A stretch of 64,000 nucleotides of DNA from Octopus vulgaris (Eukaryota), in the NCBI GenBank assembly GCA_951406725.2, contig OX597817.1:44206001-44270000 (forward strand), written 5' to 3'. Of the stretch, positions 12,530 to 26,029 are shown one piece after another. The position numbers were made by a program, and so were the translations under genes. The notes beneath the pieces were generated by a model. The model was not told the DNA's origin. It saw only the letters and a program-made list of their open reading frames with translations, and made no database searches. Position 1 is the stretch's first letter; each line of letters opens with the position of its first letter.

Positions 12530-13250
12530 TTAGATAAATGATTGTGGTTATGCATAATCGAATTCCTAATAAAACTTAATTGACAAAGGAAGATAAATTG
12601 CAATCTAGACACCAAGTGACTAATGACCGTTTGAAACTTTTATTAGATGGTAACGTTGCTGATGATTTAAAATTAAATCTTGCGACCAGAAAAATCTAAG
12701 TGCACTTAAAGAATTCAAACAAACTTGGGAATTGAAGCTTGGCTTAAGATAATCATTATTTGAAGATTGATTCAAGACTTGATATTATAAGTCTATACAT
12801 TTACATTTTAAAATTTTATCAATTTTGGGAAATGCGCCGTATGAACCAACTGCAGTTGTTAGTGATTTATAGTATCATGTTGCGGTTGTATTTTTACGCA
12901 AAACTTTGTCCAGACTCTCGAGCAAAAAGCAGAAGAAAATGCAACGGACCATAAAGACTTTGGGAAGAATTGTAACATAAGGTATTCATTAGAAAATATA
13001 GATGATGGATGGTGCGAGGTAACTGTCAGCCATATGAGATCTGCTTGGGAAAATATAATTCTTCACAACGCAAATAATTTTGGTGGATTCGGGGTTAAAT
13101 TTACAGCAGTAAATGAAATCACACAATTCAACTTGGTTTACACCTGAGAATGTCGAAAATAGACGACAGTTATGTCAGAGAATTACTTGACACGCGTGGT
13201 GTGGACTTCAAATATATTTAGAAATTTTGAAGATGGAATGCTTATGATAA
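12530..13250 (+). mobile_element. pogo/Tigger-type DDE transposase remnant
   Basis: Peptides PNKT*LTKEDKLQSRHQVTNDRLKLLLDGNVADDLKL resemble Tigger KDRLTLLLGGNASGDFKLKP. DFGKNCNIRYSLENIDDGWCEVTVSHMRSAWENI resembles the DDE_1 C-terminus. Frames are disrupted. Confidence 0.7.
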
Positions 13251-13756
13251 GGGATGCCAGTCGGAATGCAGAGAGAAGGAGAAAAAAAGAGAGGGAGATG
13301 GTGAGAGAGAGGATGCGAGGACAGAGTGAGAGAGAGAGAGTACAAGTTAAAAGGTAAGCTGAAAATAAACTTAGCTGCAACAAGATCATACACAAAGAGA
13401 AGAAAAAATGTTATCTAAACAAATACATTTTTCTCTGCAGTTTTTAAAAGAAGCATTAAGAAGACATTTTGTTTGCGGAGGTATGCTACTGCACATGAAT
13501 AGATTTGCAAATTTGAAAAGTACGCTCATTTCATTTATCTTATATTTTATTTATAGAAATTTTCTTTATGCTTTTTTTCTCCATGAGGTATTTCCAGAAT
13601 TGAAAAATGTAGTGTTACGAGTGCAACAAAATATATTTTGGTGCATTCACCATTTTAAACAGTTTAAAACATAACGACACTCGGACCAAACTGTTTTAAA
13701 CTGATCCGACTATGTGCCCATGAACAGATGACTCTAGGACACACACACCCAAAACA

Positions 13757-13819
<63 letters not shown>

Positions 13820-14245
13820 CTCCTCCCACAGCCTCCACACACCCATGTATGTATGTTTGTATGCGTGTGTGATGGGTGCAGTTTGATTTCAATCAATGTT
13901 ATTGCTTCATTGTTGCCTTAAAGCAAAGCGGATGTAAGTTTTCAGTTTATCTACTAACCTACACTCATCTGCACAGATGCGGTAGAAACGGACGTTGCAG
14001 CAGGTGGTCAAGGTTACCACCCACGCCTTCATTCCATCATTGAGTTTGTTATTGCATGTCCTTTGATCGATTAAAGAGATGAAAGAATAAAAACCGGATT
14101 TGAAATAGTAAGTACCGAGTCGATTTGTTCCACGCACCCTACAAGGACATGCACAAATTGCACAAATAGGCTTGAAACTGAACGGCTGAGACATATAATA
14201 TGGCCAAAAAATGTATTCATGATACCTGCATACATTCATTACATA

Positions 14246-14690
14246 CTCCTTTACTCTTTTACTTGTTTCGGTTATTTGACTGTGGCTATGCTGGAGCACC
14301 GCATTTAGTCGAGCAAATCAACCCCAGGACTTATTCTTTGTAAGCCTAGTACTTATTCTATCGGTCTCTTTGCCGAACCACTAAGTTACGGGGACGTAAA
14401 CACACCAGCATCGGTTGTCAAGCGATGTTGGGGGACAAACACAGACACACAGACATACACACACACATACACACACACTCACACACACATACACGCACAC
14501 ACACATATATATGTATATACATATATACGACGGGCTTCTTTCAATTTCCGTCTACAAATTCACCCACAAGGCTTTGGTCGGCCCGGGGCTATAGTAGAAT
14601 ACACTTGCTCAAGGTGCCACGCAGTAGGACTGAACGCGGAACAATGTGGTTCGTAAGCAAGCTACTTACCACACAGCCACTCCTACGCCT
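14246..14690 (-). mobile_element. SINE family B, full length, internal (CA)/(TA) microsatellite
   Basis: The reverse complement begins GGCGTAGGAGTGGCTGTGTGGTAAG, contains CACCTTGAGCAAGTGT (CORE-like), and ends GAAACAAGTAAAAGAG. Short TSD ATTACATA on both sides. Confidence 0.9.
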
Positions 14691-14716
14691 ATTACATAAA
14701 TACATACATACATACA

Positions 14717-14748
<32 letters not shown>

Positions 14749-14984
14749 ACGTTTGAATTTAAGGTTTATATTTGCATTTATGATTATACTTCTTCCTTAA
14801 ATAGTTAAAAAAAGCATTTTAAATACTCACAAAATAAAACACTATAAAAGTCTTCAGTACTGAATACATCTCACTTTCATTATACTGAAAACTAATACTG
14901 CTACTACAATATATTCGTATTTCTTATCCATTTAATTAGTACATTGACGCATTTATTAAACACAATAAATACATATACAAAGTA

Positions 14985-16215
14985 GTAATAATTAAGGGTA
15001 CTAACAAGCAGTACCGGCATGCTGACATAGCAGTGAAAATGACCAAACCACGACTTTTCACTTAAGCAGAAACGTGAAAGCAGACAAATGAATAAAAACC
15101 CTAACAACCCGTACCATTAACGAAAATGATCGAAAATATCACCGTGATTTCCAACTTTGAGAAATACTCTTAGTTCATCTTCAGCGATTCTTATTGACCC
15201 CGGGGTTGTATGGTTTATTCATCTCAACAAACGTGTGCGATGACCGCTTTTAATGCCGCAGCAAATTTAAAAAGGTGATCGAAGTGAATAAAAATCATTT
15301 AAATATATATATAAGGATATCATTGTCTATAATGATATCAGTGGTTTAGCATGCATAAAAAGAAACCATAAAGGTAAAAATTATCAAGAAAATAATTAAG
15401 GGTGCTAACAGACAGTACCGGCATAAAACTAGCTGAAGATAAACTAAGGGTATTTCTCAAAGTTCGAAATCACGGTGAAACGGGTATGCCTGACGTTTCT
15501 ATTTTCGATTATTTTCGTCATTGGTACGGGGTATTAGGGTTTTTATTCATTTGCCTGCTTTCACATTTGTGTTTAAGTGAAAATTTGTGGTTTGGTAATT
15601 TTGATTGGAAAAGGCGGCGAGCTGGCAGAAACCTTAGAACGCCGGGTGAAATGCTTAGCGGTATTTCGTCTGCCGTTACGTTCTGAGTTCAAATTCCGCC
15701 GAGGTCGACTTTGCCTTTCATCCTTTCGGGGTCGATTAAATAAGTACCAGTTACGCACTGGGGTCGATGTAATCGACTTAATACCTATGTCTGTCCTTGT
15801 TTGTCCCCTCTATCTTTAGCCCCTTGTGGGTAATAAAGAAATAGGTATTTCGTCTGCCGTTACGTTCTGAGTTCAAATTCCGCCGAGGTCGACTTTGCCT
15901 TTCATCCTATCGGGGTCGATTAAATAAGTACCAGTTACGCACTGGTGTCGATATAATCGACTTAATCCGTTTGTCTGTCCTTGTTTGTCCCCTCTGTGTT
16001 TAGCCCCTTGTGGGTAGTAAAGAAATAGGTAATTTTGATTGGTATGTCAATACACGCATATAAATACACACACACACACATATGGATATAGAAACAAGCG
16101 ACCACCGAATAAATAGTGCGTGTGTTTTCATTGGCTAAATTGGCAACATGACCATCCCCAAATACAACAATATCTGTTTCAACACACGAGTTCACATCAA
16201 GAATCTTGCATAAGA
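14985..16215. mobile_element. foldback/MITE-like non-autonomous DNA element interrupted by a SINE
   Basis: ~15025-15186 is inverted relative to ~15433-15608 plus 16043-16050 (AAACCACGACTTTTCACTTAAGCAGAAACGTGAAAGCAG...CCGTACCA vs TGGTACGGGG...CTGCTTTCACATTTGTGTTTAAGTGAAAATTTGTGGTTT). A direct repeat AATAATTAAGGGTRCTAACA..CAGTACCGGCAT occurs at ~14987 and ~15391. The right boundary is uncertain. Confidence 0.6.
15613..16027 (+). mobile_element. SINE family A (head plus two tandem body units)
   Basis: Same structure and junction as 588-1003. 15-bp TSD GGTAATTTTGATTGG at 15594-15608 and 16028-16042. Confidence 0.92.
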
Positions 16216-16559
16216 TATATATATATATATATATATATAAATGTCCATTTATTATAATCATGCATAATGTTATAAAACGATTATCGATATGAAGATAGAG
16301 TGAGTTCCATAGAGTTTACTTAGAATGAATTAAATAAGCTTATTTGGAATAAAAGATCCAGATATTGTTATAGCCTCAGCTTAATGTAATCAATCGGTTA
16401 CATGCCAGTACATTGGGATCATAATAAGCGATCATAGCGATCAAAGGGATCATAATAAGCGATTGCCATTAATACACACACACACAGACCCCCCCCCACA
16501 TATATATATATATATATATACATATATATATGTATGTATATATATATAAATGTAAATAT

Positions 16560-16730
16560 GTGTGTGTTTGTGTATTTATGTTCCCGTAGCTTAGTGGTTC
16601 GGCGAAAGAAACCGATAGAATAAGTATTAGGTTAAGAAAATAAGTACTGGGGTTGATTTGTTCGGCTAAAACCCTTCATGGTGGGGTCCCTGCATGGCTG
16701 CAGTGAAATGGCTGAAACACGATAAAAGAT
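16560..16730 (+). mobile_element. SINE family B, 3' half
   Basis: CCCGTAGCTTAGTGGTTCGGCGAAAGAAACCGATAGAATAAGTA...GCATGGCTGCAG. Confidence 0.7.
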
Positions 16731-16761
<31 letters not shown>

Positions 16762-16770
16762 TATATATAA

Positions 16771-17359
16771 CGGTCATTGGGAATGCTCACAGCAGCCATA
16801 TTCCTACCGCTCTATGTCACGCTGGTGAGACCCATATTGGAGTACGGGATTCAAGCCTCTTCTCCTTATCTCCTCAAAGACATGCAGCATATCGAAAGAG
16901 TCCAGAAGCTGGCTACCCGCATGGTTCTTGGTCTCAAGAATTTGTCTTATGAAGAAAGGCTGAAGACGCTCGACCTTTATTATCTAGAAAAACGACGACG
17001 CCGTGGAGACCTCATTCTTGCTCACAACATCATAAGCGGAAAGTGTAACCTCTCGAAAGAGCTGTTCTTCAGTCCTGCTCCAGAGCGTCGGCTGCGGGAT
17101 CATTCCGAAAAGCTCTATCTGCGACGATTTCATCTCAATCGAAGGAGGGGGGCTTTCTCCGTCCGGGTTGCGGATCCGTGGAATAAGCTGCCAGACGAGA
17201 TGGTGAAGATGCCGACAACCTCTCTGTTCAAAATCTCCCTTGACTTCAAGTGGCCTGAACTCTTTACATGAACACCACCCTGTACATAACTCCATGTCCT
17301 CCTACATGGCCTTGCTTTTTGCTTTTTGAACCAAAAAATTTACTAACTAACTAACTAAC
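16771..17359 (+). mobile_element. 5'-truncated CR1-clade LINE (RT C-terminal region, 3' UTR, (ACTA)n tail)
   Basis: ORF 16777-17271 contains LYVTLVRPILEYG...IERVQKLATRMV..LSYEERLKTLDL..LEKRRRRGDLI...FSVRVADPWNKLP, the classic CR1 ORF2 end. Tail TACTAACTAACTAACTAAC. Flanked by TA runs. Confidence 0.9.
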
Positions 17360-17374
17360 ATATATATATATATA

Positions 17375-18188
17375 TAGTGTGCGATTGGTAAGTTGTCGTC
17401 GTTTGATTTTGTCGCACTGTTTGATTTTGTCGACTGCACAGAATAGTAGGGTCAGTTGGGCACCGTCTGTGAGAAAAACAGCACCATGATGCAATTCACT
17501 CTGCCAGAAGTTTGGAAACGACATTCTGTACTGCTTAGCATTCGCGCCGGAAGCTCCAATACGAACATTTCAGAGAGTTTAGATGTCAATCTGAAGACAG
17601 TGCATGTGCCGAAAGTGATAAAAATCAAACATTCAGTCAACAACATGGTCGTCATCACTAGTGATGGCGACGTTATGCTTCATTCGTCTTCCCACACAGC
17701 CTCAGACTCAACACAGAGGCCTACATCTAGTGCCTGGAGGAGGTAGTGCTGCTCTGGATCAATAGGGTGGCTGCTGGAAGACCCTATGTCTGGTAACAGG
17801 AATCTGCACCATACCACAGAAGCAGGAGAACCCAGTCATGACTGTCAGACAATTTTTGTGACCACATTACTCCTATGGCCACCTAACTCCCAAAATTGCA
17901 ACGTGTTGGGCGCAGTTGAGCAAGAGACCAACAAAACTCCTTGTAAAACCAAAGATGAACTGAAGGCAAGGATTATGGCAGCATTCACCAACTTAAACAA
18001 GGAGACCGCCCAGGAGAGTCGCAGAAGATTCCGAAGTCGTCTCGAGGCCGTTGATGAATGGCGATTTTCTTGAATAAAATTAATATTTCAAGATATTGTT
18101 TATACAATTTTGGTAAATATATCTGTTAAAATGAGATGTCAGCGTTATTTTCATATTTGCGTAATTTATACAATCTATTCACCTGTAT
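17375..18188 (+). mobile_element. internally deleted Tc1/mariner (DD37D/maT-like) transposase remnant
   Basis: HTH-like SIRAGSSNTNISESLDVNLKTV, then MVVITSDG, then WPPNSQNCN...GAVEQETNKTP..TKDELKARIMAAF...RRFRSRLEAV (WPPNSPDLNP motif region). TIRs not clearly matched. Confidence 0.75.
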
Positions 18189-18589
18189 ACATACACACAC
18201 ATACATATGGACTCCTGTGCTGACCTGGACCTTCGTTCATAGATCCGTAAAAACTGAAAGACGAAAATAACATCGCTGAGTTTGAACTCAGAACTTAGAG
18301 AGCCTGAACGAATAACACCAGTCATTTTACGCCACACGATACTCTCACATGTGTGCCTTTTGGCAGTACTGGACACTAACCAAACCTGTTTAAAGCAAAC
18401 CCATATATACAGAAAACCAACACGCGTGTGTACGCATGTATAAAGGTACACGAACTTGAATATATTTGCTATAAGGTGTATGCTTGTGTATTAGTATGTG
18501 TATGCGCGTGGACATAGGTGTGTATTAACAGTGACGTTTCTATAAATGAAATGCTATTTTACCCGGTATCTTTTACCTTATATCGTGTA

Positions 18590-18945
18590 CTTGTTTTACT
18601 CATTGGAGTCCGACCACGTTGGGACACCGACATGATGGGTTTTAGTCAAACAGATTAACACCAATATTTTCTTTAAAATCCGCTACTTATTTCATCGTTT
18701 TCTTAAGCTGAACTGTCAAGTTACTCGGACGTAAACAAACCAACACCAGTTGCTAAGTGATGGGGTGGAACAAGCTCAGAGACGCAAATACATATACACA
18801 GATACAGATACGTATACACACATGCGACTGATTTCCACACAGCTTCCGTCTAACAAATTCACGTACATGGTGCCGTGTAGTGGGATAGAACCTGAAACTA
18901 CATGGTTTCAAAGCGAGCTTTTTAACCGCACAGGCATACCTGTCT
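18590..18945 (-). mobile_element. SINE family B, old degenerate copy
   Basis: ACTTGTTTTACTCATTGG...AAGTTACTCGGACGTAAACAAACCAACACCAG...GTAGTGGGATAGAACCTGAAAC. Confidence 0.65.
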
Positions 18946-19824
18946 CAAAATTTTAACCACCTTGCCATGCCTATGATTTCTATGAAACAAATGCGATTAT
19001 CGCTACATGGATGGGGTGGGGGTCCTTTGTGAAATTAAGTCACAGAATTCGGTTTTGTCAACGAAACCTCAGGTGTGAGATGAGGGCATCAGTATGTCAG
19101 CACCCACTTACCTGGTTACCGACGTACCGACATAACTATCGACCTACCTATTCTACCTACCTACCTACCTACCTACCTACCTACCTACCTACCTACCTAC
19201 CTAACATAGCTACCTACGTATATACCGGTTTAGCAACCGACGCCTACACATTATCCTATTTAAGCATCACATGACTACAGAAAGGCAGTTGGTAACCTAG
19301 TGATGGTTGAGGGAGGAGGCTGCAGAGGAGGAGGAGGAGAAGGAAGTGGAGGACACTATAAAATTTATTCAATATAATACTAACCCACTCATTGATTCAG
19401 TGATTCATTCATATTATTCCGTCCTTCGGTCATTCATCAAGCCATTCATTCAGTCATTCACTGATTCATTCATAGTCTTTCTTCCCTTCTTCTTCTTTTC
19501 TTTTCTTTCTTTTCTTCTTTTTTCTTTTTTCATACATTCGATTTTATCTTGATTAGAACATTCGTATTCATTGATTTTTACTATCTGACCTGTTAATCAA
19601 GACCTTATATATATAGTCAGCGGTTAATCAAGGTCTTATATACATTCAACGGTTCATGCCTAGGCAATTTATTTGTATATATATTTATGCATGTAGGTAC
19701 ATAAGCATATACGTATGTACGCATGTACGTACATTTGTATGCATATCTGTATACTTATATATATATACATATAAAGATATAAGTATATATATATATATGT
19801 GTGTGTACATACATATACATATGA

Positions 19825-19862
<38 letters not shown>

Positions 19863-19888
19863 GTCGTTTTTTCACACTTTACTATTTT

Positions 19889-19937
<49 letters not shown>

Positions 19938-19963
19938 GTCGTTTTTTCACACTTTACTATTTT

Positions 19964-20005
<42 letters not shown>

Positions 20006-20296
20006 CACACATGCATACATACATATGTCAATGAGTATACTCGTATGTATATATATATGTATATATATTTATGCAAGTACGTTAGTACATATATACATGG
20101 CTTTATTTTATTTTATTTTAGCATTATCTCACCAATATATGTTGAGGTGGTTTCAAACGAAGAAACAAAACTTTTCCATTGGAATTTAGACACACCAGTT
20201 TGAAAGTCACGTATCCATGTACTTAAGTCTGCATGTATACGTGTGTGTGTATATATATGTGTGTTTCTTATATGTATGTATATCAATATATATATA

Positions 20297-20520
20297 CCAG
20301 GAGGTTTGCAAATCTAACGGAGACCTCAAAAGACATTTTAAGATACACAAAGATCATAACTTATCTGCGGTTCTTGGTGGTCCTAATCGGATATGTAATC
20401 TATGTGGGTGTCTATTCAAAACATTGTCTGGTTTAAAAAGCCACATCAGATGCCATGATGGTTCTAAGGTATAGGTACTGAAGGTGGTCAAACTCTGCAT
20501 AAGATATAGACAACCACTAT
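20297..20520 (+). mobile_element. LINE 3' end encoding two C2H2-like zinc fingers (RTE-like), inserted in (TA)n
   Basis: QEVCKSNGDLKRHFKIH...[23 protein letters not shown], then a ~45-nt 3' UTR and (TA)n. C-terminal CxxC..GL.SH.R.H fingers are typical of RTE ORF ends. Confidence 0.6.
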
Positions 20521-20569
20521 ATATATATGTATATATATATATATGTATGTATAAATATATATATGTATG

Positions 20570-20628
<59 letters not shown>

Positions 20629-20675
20629 TGTGTGTGTGTGTGTGTATGTTTATATATACACATAAATATATATAT

Positions 20676-20719
<44 letters not shown>

Positions 20720-21601
20720 CTTCTGAACTGTACATGCGTGTATGTGCTTGTGTATGTATGTATGTATGTATGTATGTATGTATGTATGTATGTATGTATG
20801 TATGCATGTAAGTATGTATGTATGTATGCATGTAAGTATGTATGTATGTATGTATGTATGTATGTATGTATGTATGTATGTATGTATTGATGGATGTATA
20901 TATGTGTGTGCGCGCATGTTTGCGTGTGTCTGAGTGTGTCTGCAGTTCATGCTTTTACAATGCTATAATAATTTGTTGTACTTGGAAACCAATCACACAT
21001 GTGGAAAGTAGTGACCAAAAGCTGTGGCTCTTTATTTCGGTGATAAAAGAGAAACGAAGAGGAAAGACAATCCATTAAAAGTTGTTAGACAGTGGAGTAA
21101 AATCTAGCGATAAAATTGATTACACAGAACTGGTTTTCCTGAAATAAAAGCCAATAATTTTCATTAAATTAGATTTTTGTTTTAATAGCAGAAATGTAAA
21201 ACTAAAAGATATTAGGCTCCTTCCTGGCAAAGTAGGCGACCAAAGTTTGAAATAGTGATATAGTATATGAGCCAGAATACTATTTATCTAAATCTCTCTT
21301 GGGTCATTAACATGGCTGAATTTCTAAAGTGTTTCGTTTCAAAGACGGACAATGTAACCCCAATGCTGTAGCGCATGTAAAAAGCCAAGTTAGAAAATCT
21401 GAATGGCGTCGACATTTTCAACAGAACTCAATAAACGTAGTTTACTCGGTGCCAACCAATGCTTTACCGAATTAGGATATCAAATATTACATATTAAGGT
21501 ACCTTAATTATTCGTCCATGGTAGTTTTAAAACGTTATGTATATATATATATATATATATATTCGTTTTCGTTTCGTTTTTCTTGTTTCAGCTCAGAGCT
21601 G

Positions 21602-21667
<66 letters not shown>

Positions 21668-21884
21668 TTGTAAAATATCTGCACCTGTGTTTTATATATT
21701 GACAGTTTTATCAATGGTATTATGTTTGATTGAATAAGTTCAAAGATAGGCATCTGTACGATCACTCAGCCTACTAGAAATAGTAGTCAAGACTTTTCCA
21801 AAGCATATCATGCTTGTTTTCACTAGAAAATAAGATGAGAATGTTGGAATGTTTCGCCAAGAGTTTTCTTGATCAGAACTTGTT

Positions 21885-22262
21885 GTGTTGTTGTGACCCC
21901 CTTCGGTCATGACTGACCGTGGGATTGCACCTAGAAAGTTACGCTCCGAGGCACAAGTATGGGCAAAGTTGTTTATGGAAGACCAGCAGTCGCCCACGCA
22001 TACCAGTCTCCCCTCTCCACGCCACCGATGTTATCCAAGGGAAAGGCAAAGGCCGATACAACTTGTCACCAGTGACATCGCAGCTCATTTATTAACGTGC
22101 AAGTGGCTGAGCTTAACGTAGTTCTCGGGGAGATTCAGCGTGATACAGAGTGTGACAAGGCTGGCCCTTTGAAATACAGGTACAACAGAAACAGGCAGAA
22201 AGAGTGCGCGATCCTACGACCGCGAGTCCGCTTCCCTAACCACTGGGCCATTGCGCCTCCAC
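21885..22262 (-). mobile_element. tRNA-derived SINE family C
   Basis: The reverse complement starts GTGGAGGCGCAATGGCCCAGTGGTTAGGG (A-box). The GC-richer body ends ...CTAGGTGCAATCCCACGGTCAGTCATGACCGAAGGGGGTCACAAC. Confidence 0.75.
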
Positions 22263-23512
22263 AGATCAGAACTAAAGTCGGTATTAACAACAAGAGTGAA
22301 AGTCGGCAAAATTATTCATGGGTTTAAAGATGGTGGTTCGTTTTATGGCCCCTTAATTTTGGCACTAAGACACAGATTTGAAAGGATTAAAATATATTGA
22401 ATAAACGTCGATGAATTCAAAAGTGAAGAGTAAATTCTGCGTAACTGAAAAGAATGCAACGCGGCTCAGTTATTTCTGTCTCATTACCGCCTTTTGACTA
22501 CGGATTATATTGAGAAACATGAAGGAGACACCAAAGCGAAACATCCATAGAGATAGCGTATGAACTATGAGTTTAAATACATTCCGGGAAGAACATTTTA
22601 TTCTAAATTGATTCAACTCAACTCACTCAGTCTAATAGTTGTCAGTAGCTTCTGTGACAATTACCAACATGAAACTACTTTCTAAGGATTGGAATTCTTC
22701 AGATTTAGGAAATATTTCATCCCCAACAAATGCAAGTGTTCTACAGAATGCAATAGAATAATTTTCTACTATAGCCACAATGGAATAATTTTTTCACATC
22801 TGATATAATGTGACTGCCTCAAGTACGCACTCCGTACGCACGCACTCCGTACGCACGCACGCACTCACGCACGCACGCACACAGAGACTCACACAGACTC
22901 ACATAGACACACATATATTCTAAATCGCGTTAAAAGAGACCTTACGCCATTGATGGGTGCGTAATCACTCAACAACGTAGCCTAAACTCTGGCTTACAAT
23001 CATTCTGTCTCCTCTCCTTGCCTTGTTCTACTTTTACTGTTGTAACCTCTACTCCTCAGTGTTGGCTGGTCTCATACCACTACGACTTGATGTTCTCAAC
23101 TCACACGTACCTACTCTTCTCGTCAACATTGTATAACCCCTCCAGATACCACATAACCACGATACACATTCATTCCATTTTAAAATGTTGCTTCCTCGCG
23201 AAATCCCTTTCCTATTCATACGTTTTTTCATAATAATGCTTATCAATTTTTCAAGAGAAATGCCAACTTCGTCGACTTCAGCGGTCTCTGAAGGCTTCCA
23301 AAGTCACCAATATAGTCCATTCTTCAACATTAAATTAAGAGAATAATTTGTTTTAATTTTTATTACAAGGCTAGCAATTCTGATGAACAAGCAAGTCTTA
23401 AAGTCGTATTTGAATTGTAGTTTCGGTTCTTACATGAATTATTTTACTCAATTTGATTTCTGTATCTTTTCATTTGGTAGAAATGGTTAAATACTACTCA
23501 CAATGTTTTATG

Positions 23513-23547
<35 letters not shown>

Positions 23548-23889
23548 TCTTTTTTTTTTGCATTTCATGGAAAGTGTTGCAAGTCAAACTGAAGACAGTG
23601 TTGCCTCGGCAACAAGACAATATTTTATAAATAATTTACTCAAGTTTAATTATTAATTTGAGAAATCAAAATTGCAGTGTCTGGGGTGAATGTATTATAT
23701 AGATTCGTGTAAATAGTTCTTAATGAAGCAGACGTTCCCATGTTGAGTGTTACCCAGAAGCAATCTGTCATCTGCAAATTAATCTTTTTCAATTCAATGA
23801 TCAAAGTCACTTATCAAATTTGTCTTGATGTTAAACCATGTCATTTTAAAAGCCATTATATCTTTCATTATGTAATCCATGCATACAGT

Positions 23890-24199
23890 GGTGGTTGATA
23901 GGTAGAAACACTAGAGCGGCGGACAAAAGACCTCGTGTTAATTGTTCCGGTTTTTTACGTTCTGAGTCCAAATACCGCCTCGGTCAATTTGTCTCCCGTC
24001 CGTTCGGAGTCGTTGTAATAAGGTACAATGGTACGATTTAGCATTTAGCACCTTCCCTACATATCAACAAGCTTAAATTACGTCGTGGTCACTTTTCTTT
24101 TCATCACTACAGAGCCGATAAAGTGCCACTGAAATACTGCGGTCGATTTGTTTGCTCTCCGCCACGAAATTTCATGCGTTCATCTATCTTACAAAGAAT

Positions 24200-24200
<1 letters not shown>
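23890..24200 (+). mobile_element. degenerate SINE, family A head with alternative tail
   Basis: GGTAGAAACACTAGAGCGGCGGACAAAA...TACGTTCTGAGTCCAAATACCGCC...CCGATAAAGTGCCACTGAAATACTGCGGTCGAT, ending at (CTA)n. Confidence 0.55.
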
Positions 24201-24279
<79 letters not shown>

Positions 24280-24296
24280 TTATTATTATTATTATT

Positions 24297-25390
24297 CAGT
24301 AATCTTATTTTTATCACATGCTTTCACTGCACTACCGTGTGCAGCTCTGTGTACTTTGGGTATGTGCTGTGGTTTGTTGTACACTTTTTTTTCACTGTAT
24401 TGAAAATGTTTTTCGTAGGATGTATGTGGTGCCTAGTAGTGCTATTTATATATACTTGTAAGTCCTGGTATTTTTGTTGTGTATTTGTCTGAAAGTTTTT
24501 TTTTATCATACTTAATGCGTCTACTATATATTAGGAATTGTTTCTGTTTTTAGGCTCTACATTCTAGTTACTTCTGTTTCCAGGTCTTTGTATTTTGAAA
24601 GTTTTTATGTTTCTTATAGAGAAACGTTGTCATCTGTTGGTATAGATACATCGATAAGAAAGCATTTTTTATTGGTTATCTCTGATAACTATATCTGACA
24701 ACTATATATTGATTTCTCTATCGGTGTGTACTGACATATCCCAGAGTACTGTTGCTTTGTCATTTTCTGGGACCTTTTCTGGCGTGTACCTATACCATCT
24801 TCTTTCCGTTGTTATTCCATAGTGTTGGCATAGCTTTCAGTGTATATAGGTCCCAACTCTGTTGTGTCTGTGAATATATTCTTTTTTTTTTTTTTTAGCC
24901 AGGACTGAACAGCCAGAGACAATATGATTTACTGTTTCTTTTCCATCACCAAATATTCTGCAGCTACTTGTATTTTATATTTTGTGTTTTTGGTGATGTC
25001 TGGTGAGAAGGCTTTGATCTTGTGCTACAATTAAAAATCCTTATGTCTCCGCTTTGAGTCCTGAGCTTCTCAGCCATAGTTGGGATTTTGCTTTGTCTAT
25101 TTCTTTACTGTGTAGATTAACCCAATAATTGCCTTGTAGGAGCTTTTCTTGCCATCGCTTTATCAAGATTCGTTGCTATTCCAGTTTTATTTTGGATTTC
25201 AGTTGTTTTACAGCTTTTGTTGTTTCTTCTTTTTCTTCATAGCTATTAGGTCTATAACTTCTTATTTGTATCTGTCAGCTTCCTTAAAGGCAGAAAGCAG
25301 TTTTTTTGTTTTGTTCGTGTTTTGTGGCTATTTGTATCAGTTTTCCTTCCTCCTGAAGTAGGTATTTCTGTAGTCTTATGGTAGTTGGTT
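24297..25390 (-). mobile_element. R4/Dong-like RLE non-LTR retrotransposon, family 1, degraded 5'-truncated copy
   Basis: The minus strand encodes WLRSSGLKAET, QDQ, WDMSVHTDREI and CFLIDVSIP motifs with frameshifts. The 3' UTR ...GTAGTGCAGTGAAAGCATG.. ends in (TAA)n/(TAG)n. Confidence 0.85.
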
Positions 25391-25650
25391 GATTGTTTCA
25401 CCGTAACAGTTGTATCCACATCCAGTTCTGTTTAGCATGTCAGATAAAGGTGTCTTGCCACTTATTCATGGAATGTTTTATATATTTTATAATTACGGAT
25501 GCTACCTTGTTCATAGCTAGTGTTTCTATGATTCATGAGTAGGTAATACTACCAAAAGCCTTATTATTGTTGTTTCTGTTATCATTATTATTATTATTAT
25601 CATCATCATCATCATCATCATCATCATTATCATTATTATTATTATTATTA

Positions 25651-25717
<67 letters not shown>

Positions 25718-25988
25718 GGTTTGGCCCAGGTTCGGTCTTATTCCTGTTAGGAATTATGTGAATATCGGATTACTACCAGTAACTTTAGGTACCCACAAGT
25801 TTCAATAGTCTTTCAAGCGCTTAGAACCCGCCTGATAATCATTCCTGTCCCTAAAAGGAAAACTTTCTGAAGGAGCTCTACCAGGCATTCTATTTCAATC
25901 TCCTTCAGCCATTGTCTATATCTTGGCTTACTGTTACCAACGCTCCAATTATTATAGGCACTACCTTTACTGTTCGCATGCTCCATTT
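25718..25988 (-). mobile_element. R4/Dong-like element, family 3, 3' end
   Basis: KWSMRTVKVVPIIIGALVTVSQDI/QWLKEIEIECLVELLQKVFLLGTGMIIRRVLSA*, a short 3' UTR, and (TAA)n on both sides. Confidence 0.75.
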
Positions 25989-26029
25989 ATCATTATTATT
26001 ATTATTATTATTACTTTTATTATTTTTTT

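Noticed and set aside
15402-15819. Recurrent peptides such as RPRKDERQSRPRRNLNSER / RLPLRSEFKFRRGRLCLSSF, suggesting a gene family
   Set aside because: They are translations of SINE family A on either strand.
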